This document shows positions 13,421-26,812 of a stretch of DNA of 64,000 nucleotides, piece after piece. The notes under the pieces were generated by a model that searched no databases, was not told where the DNA came from, and saw only the letters and a program-made list of their open reading frames with translations. Numbering within the stretch: the first letter of the stretch is position 1; the number at the start of each line of letters is the position of its first letter. This stretch comes from Lytechinus pictus (Eukaryota), in the NCBI RefSeq assembly GCF_037042905.1, contig NC_087250.1, positions 15,564,001 to 15,628,000 of the forward strand, in the 5' to 3' direction. The position numbers were made by a program, and so were the translations under genes.

Positions 13421-14734
13421 AAGTCATGTTGTTCAAAGTAAAATAAATTTGAGAAGCAAAAAAGAAAAGGACAAAAAAGAGCAAAGAATATGAACAAAAT
13501 ATCCCCATTACAAATATTGCTGTGATTCTCATAAGGAGGTGGGGGGGGGACATAACTTTGTACGAACGACATATTTTTTTTTACATCCAAAATATTGACT
13601 ATGAATCTCAAAAGGTGGAACGGGCCAGAAATGCTCAACCACCCCCCCCCCCCCCCCCCCGATCTGCCACTGATTCCAATCGATAATGACTTTTCCCTGC
13701 AATACTGATGCTTGAAATCAAGATACTGAAGATTGATATATTGTAATATAAATTATGAACGTCTGACAAAAAGATAACCAACCGATCACCTGACCGATCA
13801 GCTGACCAGTACGTGAATCACATCGGAGTTGATCAGTCCCCACAGCGTTTGGAACGCTCACCAAGAATTCAAGAAAAAAAAAAACTTTTAACCATTGTAA
13901 TAGATTATTTAAGATGTTAAGAACTAATTTATACCAAAATTTTTACCATCCAATTTGTATTAAGGCGTACATTTGCCAAAGTCCTTGTGTGCAAATAGAA
14001 ACGGCAATGTCTAACCGGTTTTATCACTTATGTCGCCTATGAGGTCCATACATGTAATGTTGGACCTCATTGGTACTAGGAGTGTTTTTAACATATTTTT
14101 AAATTTATTAAAATAAAAAGGACACAAAAAAGAGCAAAATCGCTTACCTCGGCCTGGAAAGTGGCTTCGCATGTTTCTTCCACGGAAATAAAAGGAATGT
14201 CGTTGTTGGCGCTAATACAGTTCACAACCTTAATTCAGCTTGTCGGTATTTTAAAAACTAGATTCTTGATTCATTGTATGCGCAATTCCAATGATTTTTG
14301 ATAAAATACACCCATGGCTCATATCATCTCGCGTGCGAAGGAATATCATTCATAATAACGCGACACATCCATATACTACTGGGCTTTCGCCCACTTAAAA
14401 CATCACACATAATTAGGGATTTCACATTCTGCTATGACACTTACCCAATCATTTAGATCCTTCCGTGACTTCTCCTTGAAGTTTCTTCTAAAAATTTTCT
14501 TGATCTTTAGTGAAGATTTCACGGAGATAAAATTTGGTCAGCACCGATATCAATTTTCGTCTAAAGAGGGCGCGCGATTTATATTCATATCAAAGACACA
14601 ACAAGGAAAAGACTAGGCACCTACACTATTTTACACGCAAATTGACGCAGGTCATTACGCAAAGTCCGTGAAGTGTCCAATCTTTTCATTGTAAAGACTT
14701 TGGTATACCGTATTATTGATGTTCGTTAAAGCCT

Positions 14735-16380
14735 CAGGGACTCGATTTTAAGGCGCGCGAGAGCGATCGCGCGCTACATGCGCTCCTTAATCCATTTTTG
14801 GTAGCGCGATTAATAGCGCGCCTCGCGATAGCTAACCTGCGCGAAAATGCCTAAAGTCGCCCTCGAAATCACCCAAAATCATGCTTTCGGGGGCGACATA
14901 AAATCTGAATGTCGCCCCCGAAATTATTGCCGAGTGATAACAACTCAACGGCCCACTAGTGCCATATGCTCGAGCTCCGCTTACCATTTAAAAACCATCC
15001 AAAATCCACACTCAAAATCACGAATAAGCCTTAAAAGTAGCGAGTAGCGCAGTTTCAAATTCCGAAGTTGCGTTATTTTTTCTGTACCACGTATTTCCAT
15101 ACACACATGGTACCAGGTATGGAAAAAAAAAATCAACGCAACGGTCGGGAAAGAGTTGCATGTATAGGGGTCCATTATGACTACCACCGTGTGCCATTTC
15201 GAATGCACATGTTTCCCCTACAGATATCACAATTCTGTGATAAAATAATTCGAATTACACAGGAAATAATTCCCAGAGTCTAGTAACCTAGCATTGGTGA
15301 GTTGTCATTCGGCTTTGCTTTTCAAAACGGCTTATTAACTTCCAAAATAAGTTATCTAATTTATCAATTATAACTGAAAAATCATTTGTTTTCTTTTTCT
15401 AGGGGATGAGGTATTATATCAGACAATAAATCATCAAACAAAGCTCCATCTTTTTTACAAGGACGGCGGCAGGCTCACGCATTGGCGCTTTTACTAGCTA
15501 GCCAGTTGGAGCTCTGTCTCTCTGCCAGAGCTCTGGGGGACAATTCGCTCAGTAAAGGCCTCAATGATGGTGATTTTCTGTTTCAGACAGAGTTTACATT
15601 TCAGGAATATTATTCAAAACTGCCAATAAAGTTTGATGATTTCTTCATTGTCATGTATATTTAAGTTCTTAATGAATACATTCTCACCAAATTTAGACTC
15701 CCCCATAGAGAAATTAAATTTTCATGGAGATCTGCGTTTTCAAAGAACTTCAGGAAAAGTTAGGGTACGTAAGTGGGCCTTTATTAAATGTACATGGCTG
15801 ACTAGGGTATTGTACTGGAATAAATGGAGTAGAAATTAGATATTGAATTAATTTATATCCAAGTCCAACTCACAGTCACACACACACGCACACACCCACC
15901 CATCCACACACACCCACATCCAAGATTCTAAACATGATAAATAACTTTAAAAATCATACAATATTAAACAAAAAGTAATAATTCCTTAATAAGTGAACAG
16001 GTATTCCTCAAAATACAAAAAAGTAGCATTTAAAAAGAGCCCCCGAAATTTGACAAAAAAATTAAAATGGAGCCCCCGAAAAAAAAAAAAATTGTCAGTG
16101 ACTTAACTTTTAGCCAAAGTCAAAACCTAACTAAAACAGGTTTTACAACACACAATCTAATTACAATACATTGTAAAACAATTTAATTATAAATACTTCC
16201 TTTGGTTGCTGATTGTAATTTTATAGTACATACATTTCCTCCATCCATTTTGTTAATTGGGCAAAAAGCTCCCCTTGTATGTTGAAGAAGAGCTTTTTGA
16301 AGTGCTCCTCTACCGCTCTCCTTAAAAGTTCTAGGAGAGCTTTTTATTGCTCCCCTTATAATTATAAAACCGAGTCCCTG
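14735..16380. mobile_element. Non-autonomous DNA transposon with CAG termini and 6-bp TSD (hAT-like)
   Basis: cagggactcgatttta / taaaaccgagtccctg; TSD aagcct at 14729-14734 and 16381-16386. Confidence 0.8.
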
Positions 16381-17314
16381 AAGCCTGTACTGCTGGTTTC
16401 GTTCTAGGCACGTATATTTTTTTCAATTTTTCTTTATTAGTCATCGTTTTAAATTAATTGCAGAAAAGTGTTATCATCGCCAATAATAATCTTAAATTAT
16501 GTTTTTGACATGTTTGAAGGTATTTCATTTATTGGTGCCCATAATTAGTAAATTAATCATAAGAATTGCGCATTCAAAGAATTTAGACACAGTTATAAAA
16601 TTACCGAGGAGCTGAATCAAGGTTGTGAAATTTATTAGCGCCACCAACGGGCCTCCTTGTATTTCCGTAGGGGGGCTGATTCAGCCCCCCCCCCCAGTCT
16701 TATTAGGGTTAAAAAAAACATTCTATAGGCCTACTGATTGTTTTTAATATACATTTGATCAGAATTCTTGAATTAAAAAAATAAGTAGTTCAAGGGCTTT
16801 ATTTAAAGATTTGAATTGAATTTGTATTTCATGCACTAAATTTGGTATAATTGATTCAAATGAAATAAAGCATATATTGATTTACCGGTAATGAAATTAA
16901 GCTTTGAAACCCCATGTACGTCAATTTCTTCCATTGTGCAAATTCTCCTCGCCCCCCCCCCTCGATTCAGACTCGGTATACCTCGGGACTACATGTACAT
17001 GTATATGTTCATGTATTAGATTAGGGAATAAAATGTCAAATTACTTAGGCATTCAATTTCCATGATTTAGTAATTTTGGGGGAAATATGAACTTTTTTGT
17101 TGTAAATTCATTAACAAAATTGTGGTCATCTCTTATTTAAAACATCAAGAGCTTTATATTATACTGTATTTAGTGTATAGTTTAATTGATTTAGAGAAAA
17201 TTGCATCATTCGTTGGAAAAATATGTTTTAAAACGATTTAAAACATTTTAAAACAATAAAAAATGTGTGTTTTTTTTTTTTTTTTAATAAAAAACGTTTT
17301 TTATCACAACCCTG

Positions 17315-17510
17315 CCCTTGAACCGCTTCGTTATGACGTACCTTCGATTAGCGATGTTACAAAATGCCGTTTTGAAGAACAATTTATAGACAAAAATTAT
17401 TATTTAACAAATACTAAAATTTAACACGTTATTATAAATAATAATAATTAAAACAATTATTATAATAATTTTCATCTATAAGCTACGTAATAACGAAGCG
17501 GTTCAAGGGT
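17315..17510. mobile_element. Small palindromic MITE-like element upstream of TMEM167A
   Basis: cccttgaaccgcttcgttat ... ataacgaagcggttcaaggg inverted repeat. Confidence 0.6.
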
Positions 17511-18420
17511 CAAGCCTATTGTATTTGTGGTGTTTACGAATGGATAGAGGGGTCTACACGAGATCGGTCTGGTAAGAAACTCTCATTTTTCATATTTATA
17601 ATAGCAGACTTTTTGTACCTTCATACGCATTAGGCGTATGAAAGTGTATAGATAATATAAAATCCAACAACTTTATGTGATTTCCAGCTCTAAAGATAGA
17701 TTTCCTAGGGAAATCCATCCGTGTGTATATGTCTCGCTTAGTATGGCCTATGGGGAGCATTTCAAGGCTCCGTGACGCGTGATGTGAAAGTATATGTAAA
17801 AATATTTTAAAATATGGAGTCCTGCTGATTTTGCCTTAACTTAAGTCACTTATTCATTGAACTAACTTATTTCTTTTTCTAAAAACAATTCTGCTGCAAC
17901 CTTACTTTTTACAATAGAGGGCCTACACAACAAATGCCTGAAATTAAAGTTTTTGAGCACTCTGGTGAAAAAAATAGAGATTACAAAATTACTAATGAAA
18001 AATAAATCACAACTAACGTTAGACCCGGGGGAGGGAGTCAAATATATTGCTGTACACATGCGTGACCCAAAAACGTGTTTAATGGGGTGTTTTTCCAGTT
18101 TTGGATGCGGGCCGCACGTGCACTCGTTAAAGGGTATCAAAAACACTGGTTTAAAAAAAGGTGGTTTTTGAAAGACTGGTCAATGGCAGGGTTCCCAGCC
18201 CATCGGGGAAAATTATTTTACTTTTTTTCAGTCAGGGAAAAATCGGGGAATTTGAAAAAAAATACCTCAAATCAGGGAGCAGTACAGAAGCAGCAGTACA
18301 TTTGACTGGCCATTTGCCAATCCATGTCCCCTTGATTTGTGAGTCTCTTTCGCAGGTAATTATACTTCATGAACGATAATACGATCCATTTCTACTTTCC
18401 TGTACTTTTGTAGATTTTAG

Positions 18421-18470
18421 GTATTTGACATTCCAAGCAGAGGGTCTCTTCTTTACCAAAAGCCACAATG
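18421..18470 (+). CDS. TMEM167A: TMEM167A exon ending in the ATG (only 3 coding nt, 18468-18470)
   Basis: ttttag acceptor; acaATG|gtgagt donor. Confidence 0.85.
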
Positions 18471-21400
18471 GTGAGTTCATGATCTTATATCAAATTAATT
18501 CAAGAGATTTCTCTCTAAGTGCCATATCCTGAGACATCTATAGGCAATTATGGCATGCCACAAATCTCTGTTTCTGACTGGCCCACTGTATAATATTATT
18601 TATGTATGATTTCATTTTTGTTCTTTTCTGATTTGCTATTTATTATTTTAAATTTGTTTTTATTGGCCAGGTGCCTTGACCGTTCCTTGGAATGGGTATA
18701 TGTGCACATTAGAAATGTTGTTATCATTACTATTACTAAAAACATGTGAGGATCTCCAGTGTATCGTGATCTATTTTATGGATGTCCTATGGTCAACGCA
18801 GGAGCATATTTATTATATTCTTTGGCCCTCTACAATGCCTGAAACATGTACTCGAACAGTGGCCATAAATAATGCGGGAATGGGAAAATCATAGTGCAAT
18901 GCCACCACAGATGTACCCATTGTTCAATTATTGTAGCAGATGTAAAATGAGGCGTACAGGCAACGCATGCTTCATTTTATTTTCCATTTCCATGTATTGA
19001 GTGGCCATGTGAATGTAAAGAACTTTGGCTACCTACGATGCCACCGAAACCATTGATTTATCTATTGTGCCATTATAGTAGCAGATGTAAAATGAGGCAG
19101 TGTTGGGACAAATGTTTCATTTTATTTTCATTTATTGATTTATTCACATCCATTGAAATATTTCAATTATATATAAACAGTAACAAGAACACAAAAACCA
19201 AGAAGACAAAAAAAATATATGATACAAGTAAGATTTAGGCTAAGATTGTACAAAAATCTTTTTACAGTGCATAGATAGAAAATGAATTATAGAAAAATGT
19301 TTTTTTTTATGTGTGTGTGTTCTTTTTAATGAATCTCTTTATTTTCTTTTATTGACTATCTTTGTACACAGTCTGCGCTGTTCAACTTTCAAAGTTTATT
19401 AACGGTGGTCTTACTCCTCATATGCACCTGTGCGTATATCAGAGCTCTTGCCCCGAGACTACTTGATAAGAATAAAGAAGGGTAAGTCGTGATTCGCCCA
19501 ATTGTTCCACGACGTTTGCTCCGGTGACAATTGCTCCGCTCTAAATTGCATTCACTATAAATTGAATAACTACATGTAACTTCAACTCTAGATTTAACAC
19601 TAAACACTTCTCTAGCCCTGAATCTATAAAGAAGCCCTATCTCAACCTTAACCCTAACCCCACATCTTAGACAAAATGAACCCTTGAGCAATCGTTGCCG
19701 GAGCAAATGTTGTACCACCCGCCGAATAGTTTATTCCCAACAGTCTGTACTCTGAAGTTTGGTGTAATTTAAATCATGGTCTAAATCTGCGCTTCGACTA
19801 TACATGTAGGTAGCCCCTTGTGATATTAACCTAAACACTTTTGGCAAAATCCCAGGAGATATTGGTATTTCCCTTCCAGGTGGGATATACTGTAAATGCC
19901 AGGAAGTATGTACAGTACAATATACAGGGAGGTACTGGGAAATGCTGGAATATGCTTGAGAAATTACCAGGGCAATACCTGAAAATATTCAAGAGGTACT
20001 TGTATGTTTTTTATTTTCTCCCTGCATTTCCAGCTATTTCCCATTTTCTGCAAATGCAGAGGATTTCTTTTGGGTTTAGCCTTTAGTAGGGGAGACGCAA
20101 CAATAGGGTAATCCTTTGCGCGGACACCCATGACCCTGGGCTTATACAGTACACAGTTACATAATTACACCCATTCATACATATATGTATATATAAATGT
20201 GTTTATATTTGCTGTTAATATTACCATTATGTTTTTATTTTATGCTTACTTGCTTGGTAAGATACGTAGGGGATGCATCCCCTACATGTACAAGTACTCA
20301 CCCCGCCCCATGGGGCGGGGTGAGTACTTCCAAAGTCTCTGAAATAATACAAAAAGGCCTGTATTCTGAAGTCGGGTTTTAATTAAACTCTTGATTAAAG
20401 TTGTGTTTTAACTATGTAAAGCCAATAGTGGCATAAATCTCTATTTGGTACAGGTTCAATGAATCAGCTCATTCACTCTCATACCATTCTTAACTGTCTG
20501 GGAAGGATAATAATAAGATAATTGTCTTCCACTGGTAAAGAGCAAGGTGAGCATGAGAAATATACAATCTCAACAATATTTTTGAATGTTTGGCTTCCCA
20601 TAATTTTATCACAGAGTTAGACCATGGTCTGGGTAAAACCTGACTTCAGAATACGGGACATAGAATCCACTGAAACAAGCAATGAAACAAATGGGAAACC
20701 TGAAGAGCGTTTCATCTCTCTGACATATCGTCAAGTCTGTCAACTTTCCTGGATTGTGATTGGCCGATATGCACTGACTTGTACTATATAATGTTGGATA
20801 AGAACAGATTTTGATGGATAAAATATCCAACAAGTGTTTCATAAAATGGTGACACTGCAACGATGGCTCAGTGTTAATATCTCAGAGGGCACAGGGTTAG
20901 AGTTAAGATTGTAATAGAGATTTTGCTCCATAATAAATCAAACTAGGGTTTAGGGTTTATTGAGTTTAGAAGGTAAGATATTATGTTTGGCAAGGAAAAT
21001 GAAACCTTTGGTATAAAAAAGCTTGTGCGAAAACAGAAAAATCAAAGGAACAGATCAACAAAAGTTTTAGAAAAATTGAAAAAAATAATAAAGTTATGAG
21101 CATTTGAAGTTTAGTTCATTTTGTAATGTAGATCTTCCCATTGGCGATGCGACAAAGATGTGTGATGTCACATGTAAACAACTTTGCCATTACTTTTGGT
21201 AAATATTTCACATAAAACTGCTTTTATCAAATGTATCAGTAGATCATGTATTCTTTCTATAGGAGGGCAGGTAATCATTTTTCAAAGAATATTTTGTGGA
21301 TAAAGAGTTTGTATCATCGTAAGAAAGATCAAAAAGAGACATTTTGTGGACATTTTATGGTCCATCAAAGGGAAAGTTGTTTACATGTGACATGACACTT

Positions 21401-21900
21401 TGTCGCATTGCCAATTGGAGGGTCTCCATAGCATTAGTGATTGCAATATTAAAATGCTCATAACTTTCTCATTATTTGTCCGGTTTTACTCAAACTTTAT
21501 TTGATCTTATTCTTTGATTTTTCTGTTTCCACACTAGCTCACTTGTTCTAAAGGTTTCATTCTCCTTTAATAACGTGCAGATTTTCCTTCGGAGCAATTG
21601 TCGCTGGAGCAAGTGCCATGGAACTCATGAAACACTGAAACACCCCCCTCCCCCCCTGGGATGGAGTCAGACAGTTCTCAGGGAAAATAAAAACAAAAAA
21701 AGAAACTATTAAGCGAACGATGGCCAATTGGGATGCAGCATGAGATATTTTCATAACTTTCCTAAAATATTTTCTCTTCTATTTTTATCCCTAGGTTACT
21801 TGGCATTTTCTGGAAATGTGCACGCATCGGAGAGAGGAAGAGCCCCTATGTTGCCGCTTGCTGTGTTGCCATGGCGATAAGTATCCTATTTTGGACATGA
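18468..21900 (+). CDS. TMEM167A: Protein kish-A / TMEM167A, 72 aa; join(18468-18470,19372-19481,21795-21900)
   Basis: [72 protein letters not shown]; canonical GT-AG introns, 219 nt in frame, near-identical to recalled human kish-A. Confidence 0.96.
19372..19481 (+). CDS. TMEM167A: TMEM167A coding exon 2
   Basis: acacag|TCT..GG|gtaagt; [24 protein letters not shown]... Confidence 0.95.
20356..20658. mobile_element. MITE (ggcctgtattctgaagtcgggttt...); related copy at 55039-55339
   Basis: TIRs and dispersed copy. Confidence 0.7.
20993..21566. mobile_element. Kolobok-like non-autonomous element in TMEM167A intron
   Basis: aggaaaatgaaaccttt...aaaggtttcattctcct followed by TTAA; inverted arms; left TTAA not intact. 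Confidence 0.65.
21795..21900 (+). CDS. TMEM167A: TMEM167A last coding exon
   Basis: ccctag|[20 protein letters not shown]...TGA. Confidence 0.95.
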
Positions 21901-22832
21901 GGAAAGAAACAATAAAACTAACCTTCTGAAAGACTAGACAATTTTGTTAAGATTTGTCGCAAGGAGATGGAGTGACTAACGTTCAACAAAAAGGGATGAT
22001 TACCAGGAGACATGTGCCTGTGGGACTAACAGTGGATTTCATGTGAAATAGGCACTGTGAAGAATAGTAATTTACAAATCTGACAATTACACAACAGTGG
22101 ACAATGGATGAAACCGGCTGCCAAGCACTCACTAGAAATTGGTGAGAATAGTGGTATTTTTAATACGTGTAATGCTCGTTTTGTGGATTGTAAAACATAA
22201 TAATCTTGATTATAGGAATGGTATTGTGCAGTATAGTAATGAGCTAAGACCAACTGATCAACCAAACTGATTCCCCTTCCCTTGTTGAAGCATCTTGGTG
22301 TGCCTGTTCATCAGGGGTCACTGCCACTGGACAGTGGAATTGGTTATGCGAGAAATAAGCTGCTCAAAAGGGGGTGTTTTTTGTAGGTGTGGAACATGAA
22401 CAGTGCATCAAAAATGAGAAAAAATCCCCCAAAATCATGATGAGACATCTGCAAAACATCTGTGTTTAGCATGTTCTAGCGGCCTGCCCTTGAATCCCAT
22501 TTTAAGGTACGCTTTTTAAGACGATCTTGCGAATGCTGTCCACTCCAATGGCAGTGACCCGCCCCGACGGTTCTGACTCTCGACTTGTAATCAGAGGGTC
22601 GTGTTCAAATTCTAAGTGTCTGGAATCTTGTTGAAATGCTTCAGACAAGGTAATGTGTAAAGACCAAGGTAACACAACCCTTGCCTAACTTGCACTGTAG
22701 ACAATAAGCCAGCAAAAATCATTCATAATCTAGGAATATTTATTTTGATAATGAAAGGACATATGGCCTTGTGCTCAGTGCTTACTCATGCATTGCTTGA
22801 CAGGCCGCTGTCACTTTTTGGCAGGTGTTAGC

Positions 22833-23744
22833 CAGGATTGGGCTCAATTACTTTCTTTAATAATAATGATAATAATATAGGGTATTTATATTGCGCACAT
22901 ATCCACCTTGTTAGGTGCTCAAGGCGTTCATATATTACCCGGCTAAGCTAGGCGTTCATAGCGCACACAGCTTTTTAAGGAATTACTTCCTACCAGTACC
23001 CATTTACCTCACCTGGGTTGAGTGCAGCACATTGTGGATCAGTTTCTTGTTGAAGGAAATTACGCCATGGCTGGGATTCGAACCCACGACCCTCTGTTTC
23101 AAAGTCCGAAGACTAATCCACTGGGCCGCAACCTTTAATTACAATTACGTAATTGAAGAAATGTTAAATTACATATATTTTAATTAAATTACTTTTTTTT
23201 AATTACTTACCAATTACTTTGGTCAATTACAATTACAATTTCAATTACTTTCTAGAAAAGCCATAAATGAAACCAACTTATAATTCTGTACATAGTACAT
23301 GTACCACCTATTTCAACATAATTCTAAGCTACACAGAAACTGACAAAGTGAAGCAACAGATTTTGCCTGTTACTCTCTAAGATGCTGAAGCAGTTGACAA
23401 GACAAAGATTATGAAATTAACTCATTTATCAAGTAAGTTTATTATAAAGTAATTTAATGTAGTAAAAGGTAATTGACAGTAATTGAAGTCAATTACTTTT
23501 TTCCAATTACAATTACTTTCCCTTTCAAAACTTCAATTACAATTTCTCAAAAAATGTAATTAATTATATAATTGATCAATTACCTTGTAATTGAGCCCAA
23601 CCCTCGGGGGCCTGTTGCATAAAACTTTTTATCTGAGAAAACTAAGGTTAGTCTGATTTCTGCCATTTACTTTAACACGGCAAAAACTCCGGTAAAAACA
23701 ACCTGAGTTTTCTCAGGTAAAAAGTTTTATGCAACGGGCCCCTG
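22833..23744. mobile_element. hAT-like element carrying a nested SINE and a nested MITE
   Basis: caggattgggctcaattac / gtaattgagcccaaccct; 8-bp TSD gtgttagc at 22825-22832 and 23745-23752. Confidence 0.75.
22860..23132 (-). mobile_element. tRNA-derived SINE; related copy at ~48330-48740
   Basis: Reverse B box gggattcgaacc, (aat)n tail and second copy. Confidence 0.8.
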
Positions 23745-24779
23745 GTGTTAGCTGTTACTGAGAGTAGCAATACGAGTCATTTTTTTAATTATGTGAATGA
23801 AAATGTAAGCCATTTCCGTTCTGGGGGAGCCTACTTTATTGTACTACATGTATGTATTATGATTTATGAAAGAAATTATTCATGTACTCATCAATGTCTT
23901 TGTTCTTTTCATTAGCTGAATGCATCTAGGTAATAATTATGTAAGCCTACGATATAAAATGTTTAACTTAAATCCTTTGATGTTTGTTGATGTTTTCTTT
24001 CTGTTTCAAAGAGTAAACCATTAGTTAATAGTGAAATACAAGTCAAAGATGAGGTGAAGTTTTGATGACACAACATTTGCTCCTGTGACGATTGTTCAGA
24101 TCCAGACTTCATTTCGTCTGAGATAAGGTTCGATACGGTTTTGTATTAGGGTTAGGATTAGGGTAGGGTAGGCCTGTAATAGGCCTACCGAGTTTTAACG
24201 TCACCAATTTTCTAATTTTGCATATCAGCATTTTTTATACCATATTTCGGTAGAGAATGATGAAATACCTTCATAAGTCGTAACACAAATTTGGTGGGAA
24301 TTGGTACCTGGGGGTCCAGATATGACGTCACGAGTACAATTATTATATAAAACATTGATATGAACAAGGAAAATAATACAGAGTCTGATGCTATTACGGT
24401 ATTTGACCGATTCCTACCATATTTGGGTTTTGAAAGTATTTGAACATGCTCTACCGAAATATGATAGGCAGCATAACCTTTGTTGCAATAAACCTTTTGG
24501 GTATCGAATAGCAAATTCTACACTCTATTGTAAATGCAAAAGAGCTAATCTTATCCCTATATCACACTCCTCTCAGAATGAGATGAGGGACGAATAATTT
24601 TGGAGTGGAATTTACATCTTTTGAGAGTGGTTAATGGCTCCTTCTGGAGTGAAGATTTCTGAAAATATACACTGTTCACTCCAGAAAGAGTAATAATGCA
24701 CTCTCAAAAGATGTAAATCCCGCTCCAAAACGACTGGTCCCTCGTCTCACTCTTAGATGAGTGTGGTTATAGGGACCCG

Positions 24780-24948
24780 GGGCCGTTTCATAAAGATGTT
24801 CGTAAGATAAGAGCGACTTTAAGATTGACTGGTGAACCTTTCTTACGCGCTAGACCATCGCCAATGAATATACCATTTACCACAAGAAAGGATCACCAGT
24901 CGTTCTTTAAGTCGCTCTTAACTTACGAACAGCTTTATGAAACACCCA
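24780..24948. mobile_element. Harbinger-like MITE family (gtttcataaag...ctttatgaaac); copies at ~53695-53872, 56711-56870, 59175-59313
   Basis: TIRs and four dispersed copies. Confidence 0.75.
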
Positions 24949-24994
24949 TCAGATTAACTCTTTGGCATTTAGAGTGTAACAAATGCTACCACAG

Positions 24995-25574
24995 AAAAAT
25001 GTTGATTTGAATCGATAGAGACAAATCAAACAAGAATAACATTGAAAATTTCACAAAAATCGGATGTAAAATAAGAAAGTTATGACATTTTAAAGTTTTG
25101 CTCATTTTTCACAAAACAGTTATATGCACAACTCAGCAACATGCAAATGAGAGAGTCGATGTCCCTCACTCTCTTTTCTTTTTTTATTGTTTGAATTATA
25201 CAATATTTCATTACAGATTGGACAACAAGGGCCAGTTTTACTGAATCATAAAATGTTAGAACAATTGTAATTCCCCATGTTCATGAAGGAAGACAACTTA
25301 TTTCACCTTCCAATAAGGAGAAAATTAAAATATTTCATATTTCATATATTCGAATACAAAAGAAATAGTGAGTGGGGGACGTCAGTCCCTTCATTAGCAT
25401 ACTGACCAGGATGTGCATATAACTGTTTTGTGAAATTTAGCAAAACTTTAAAATGTTATAATTTTCCTATTTTTCATCCAATTTTGATGTAATTTTCAGT
25501 ATAATGCTTGTTGAATTTTTCTCTTTTTATTCAAATCAACTTTTAGATAGCATGGTTATGGTGGACATGTCCTT
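24995..25574. mobile_element. Kolobok-like element, same family as 49515-50094
   Basis: Shared arms; gtggacatgtcct followed by TTAA. Confidence 0.65.
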
Positions 25575-26812
25575 TAATTCACAAGACCCTAATATTAAAA
25601 AATTCATTATTTTGTTTTGCCCCCCTCTCCCTGACGAGTCACAACACATGCAAGGGACGTATCCCTGCCCCCCTGACGAGTCAAAACTGATCCCTGCCGA
25701 GCGACAAGTGGCCCCCTCCTTTGAACTTGATTACCTTTTTTTTTTTGCTTGTCAAATATTTTTCTGGTGCAAAATGTCCTTTACTTGTGGTCGAAGACCT
25801 TTTTTTTTCCTTTTTTTTTTGCTTGTCAAATTTTTGGGCGGACGAATTTGCCCCCCCCCCCCTCCTTTGGAAAATCCTAGGTACGCCACTGATAGTAGGT
25901 AATGAACGAGCTGATTTCTATGCTAAATAAGCTCTAAATATAGGCCTAAATCAATTGAAATAACCAACTCCTATATCCTATTTAATATTATAGAAATGGT
26001 TTCTTTCAATGGCAATTCAGGTGGCAAAACCTCCTTGTACCTTCTATAAAGTAATCCAAAAGTCGGTCTCACAAACACCAGCTTAATTGCTCATTAGACG
26101 TGCAAGAAAAAAGATATTTCGTCGACTTCGATTAGGTCATACAGGACCTAATGAAGATCTTTGGCGAATGAAAACACACCCTACATGACACTGCAATTCA
26201 TGTAAAGAGATAGAAACAGTAGTTTGTCAAATGCCCCAAGTATAATAGAAAGATTAATGCTCATTGCCTAAGCAGACTTCACCAATCCTGACAAAAGTCT
26301 TAAACTCCTAAATTCACAAGACCCCGGGACAAGACCCTAATATTAAAAATGCATTATTTCGTTTCGTTCTCTGAACGAAACGCTTCCATAAAGAGTGATT
26401 TGATAAAGGGAAAGGTTTAGTGTTTGTTTGTTTATCTTATTTTGTATTTGGTTACAAGAAAAAAAGAAAGACAAATCTATTTTAGAGTTATCGTTAACAT
26501 TGTTTATCTTTATTTATTTGTTAATATGAATTATTTTCTCCTTCTGACCACATAAGATAGTGGTAGGGGAGAGCCGCCCCCTCCCCCCCCCCCCCCTTTC
26601 ATGCTCTTCTAGGATCGTCATTTCTTGAGCAGGAAGGTCGTGCTTTAGGATGTTTAAAGGTCTAGGTAATATCTACATATACCTTATTTTCAGCAAGGAT
26701 ATGCATACGGGTTTATGCAAAAATGGGAAGGAAAGAAATTTTCGCTGCAGGGCGAACCTACCACACCCTATATAGGGCAAGTTCCCCTGTTAGGCGGGGC
26801 GAGTTCGCCCAT

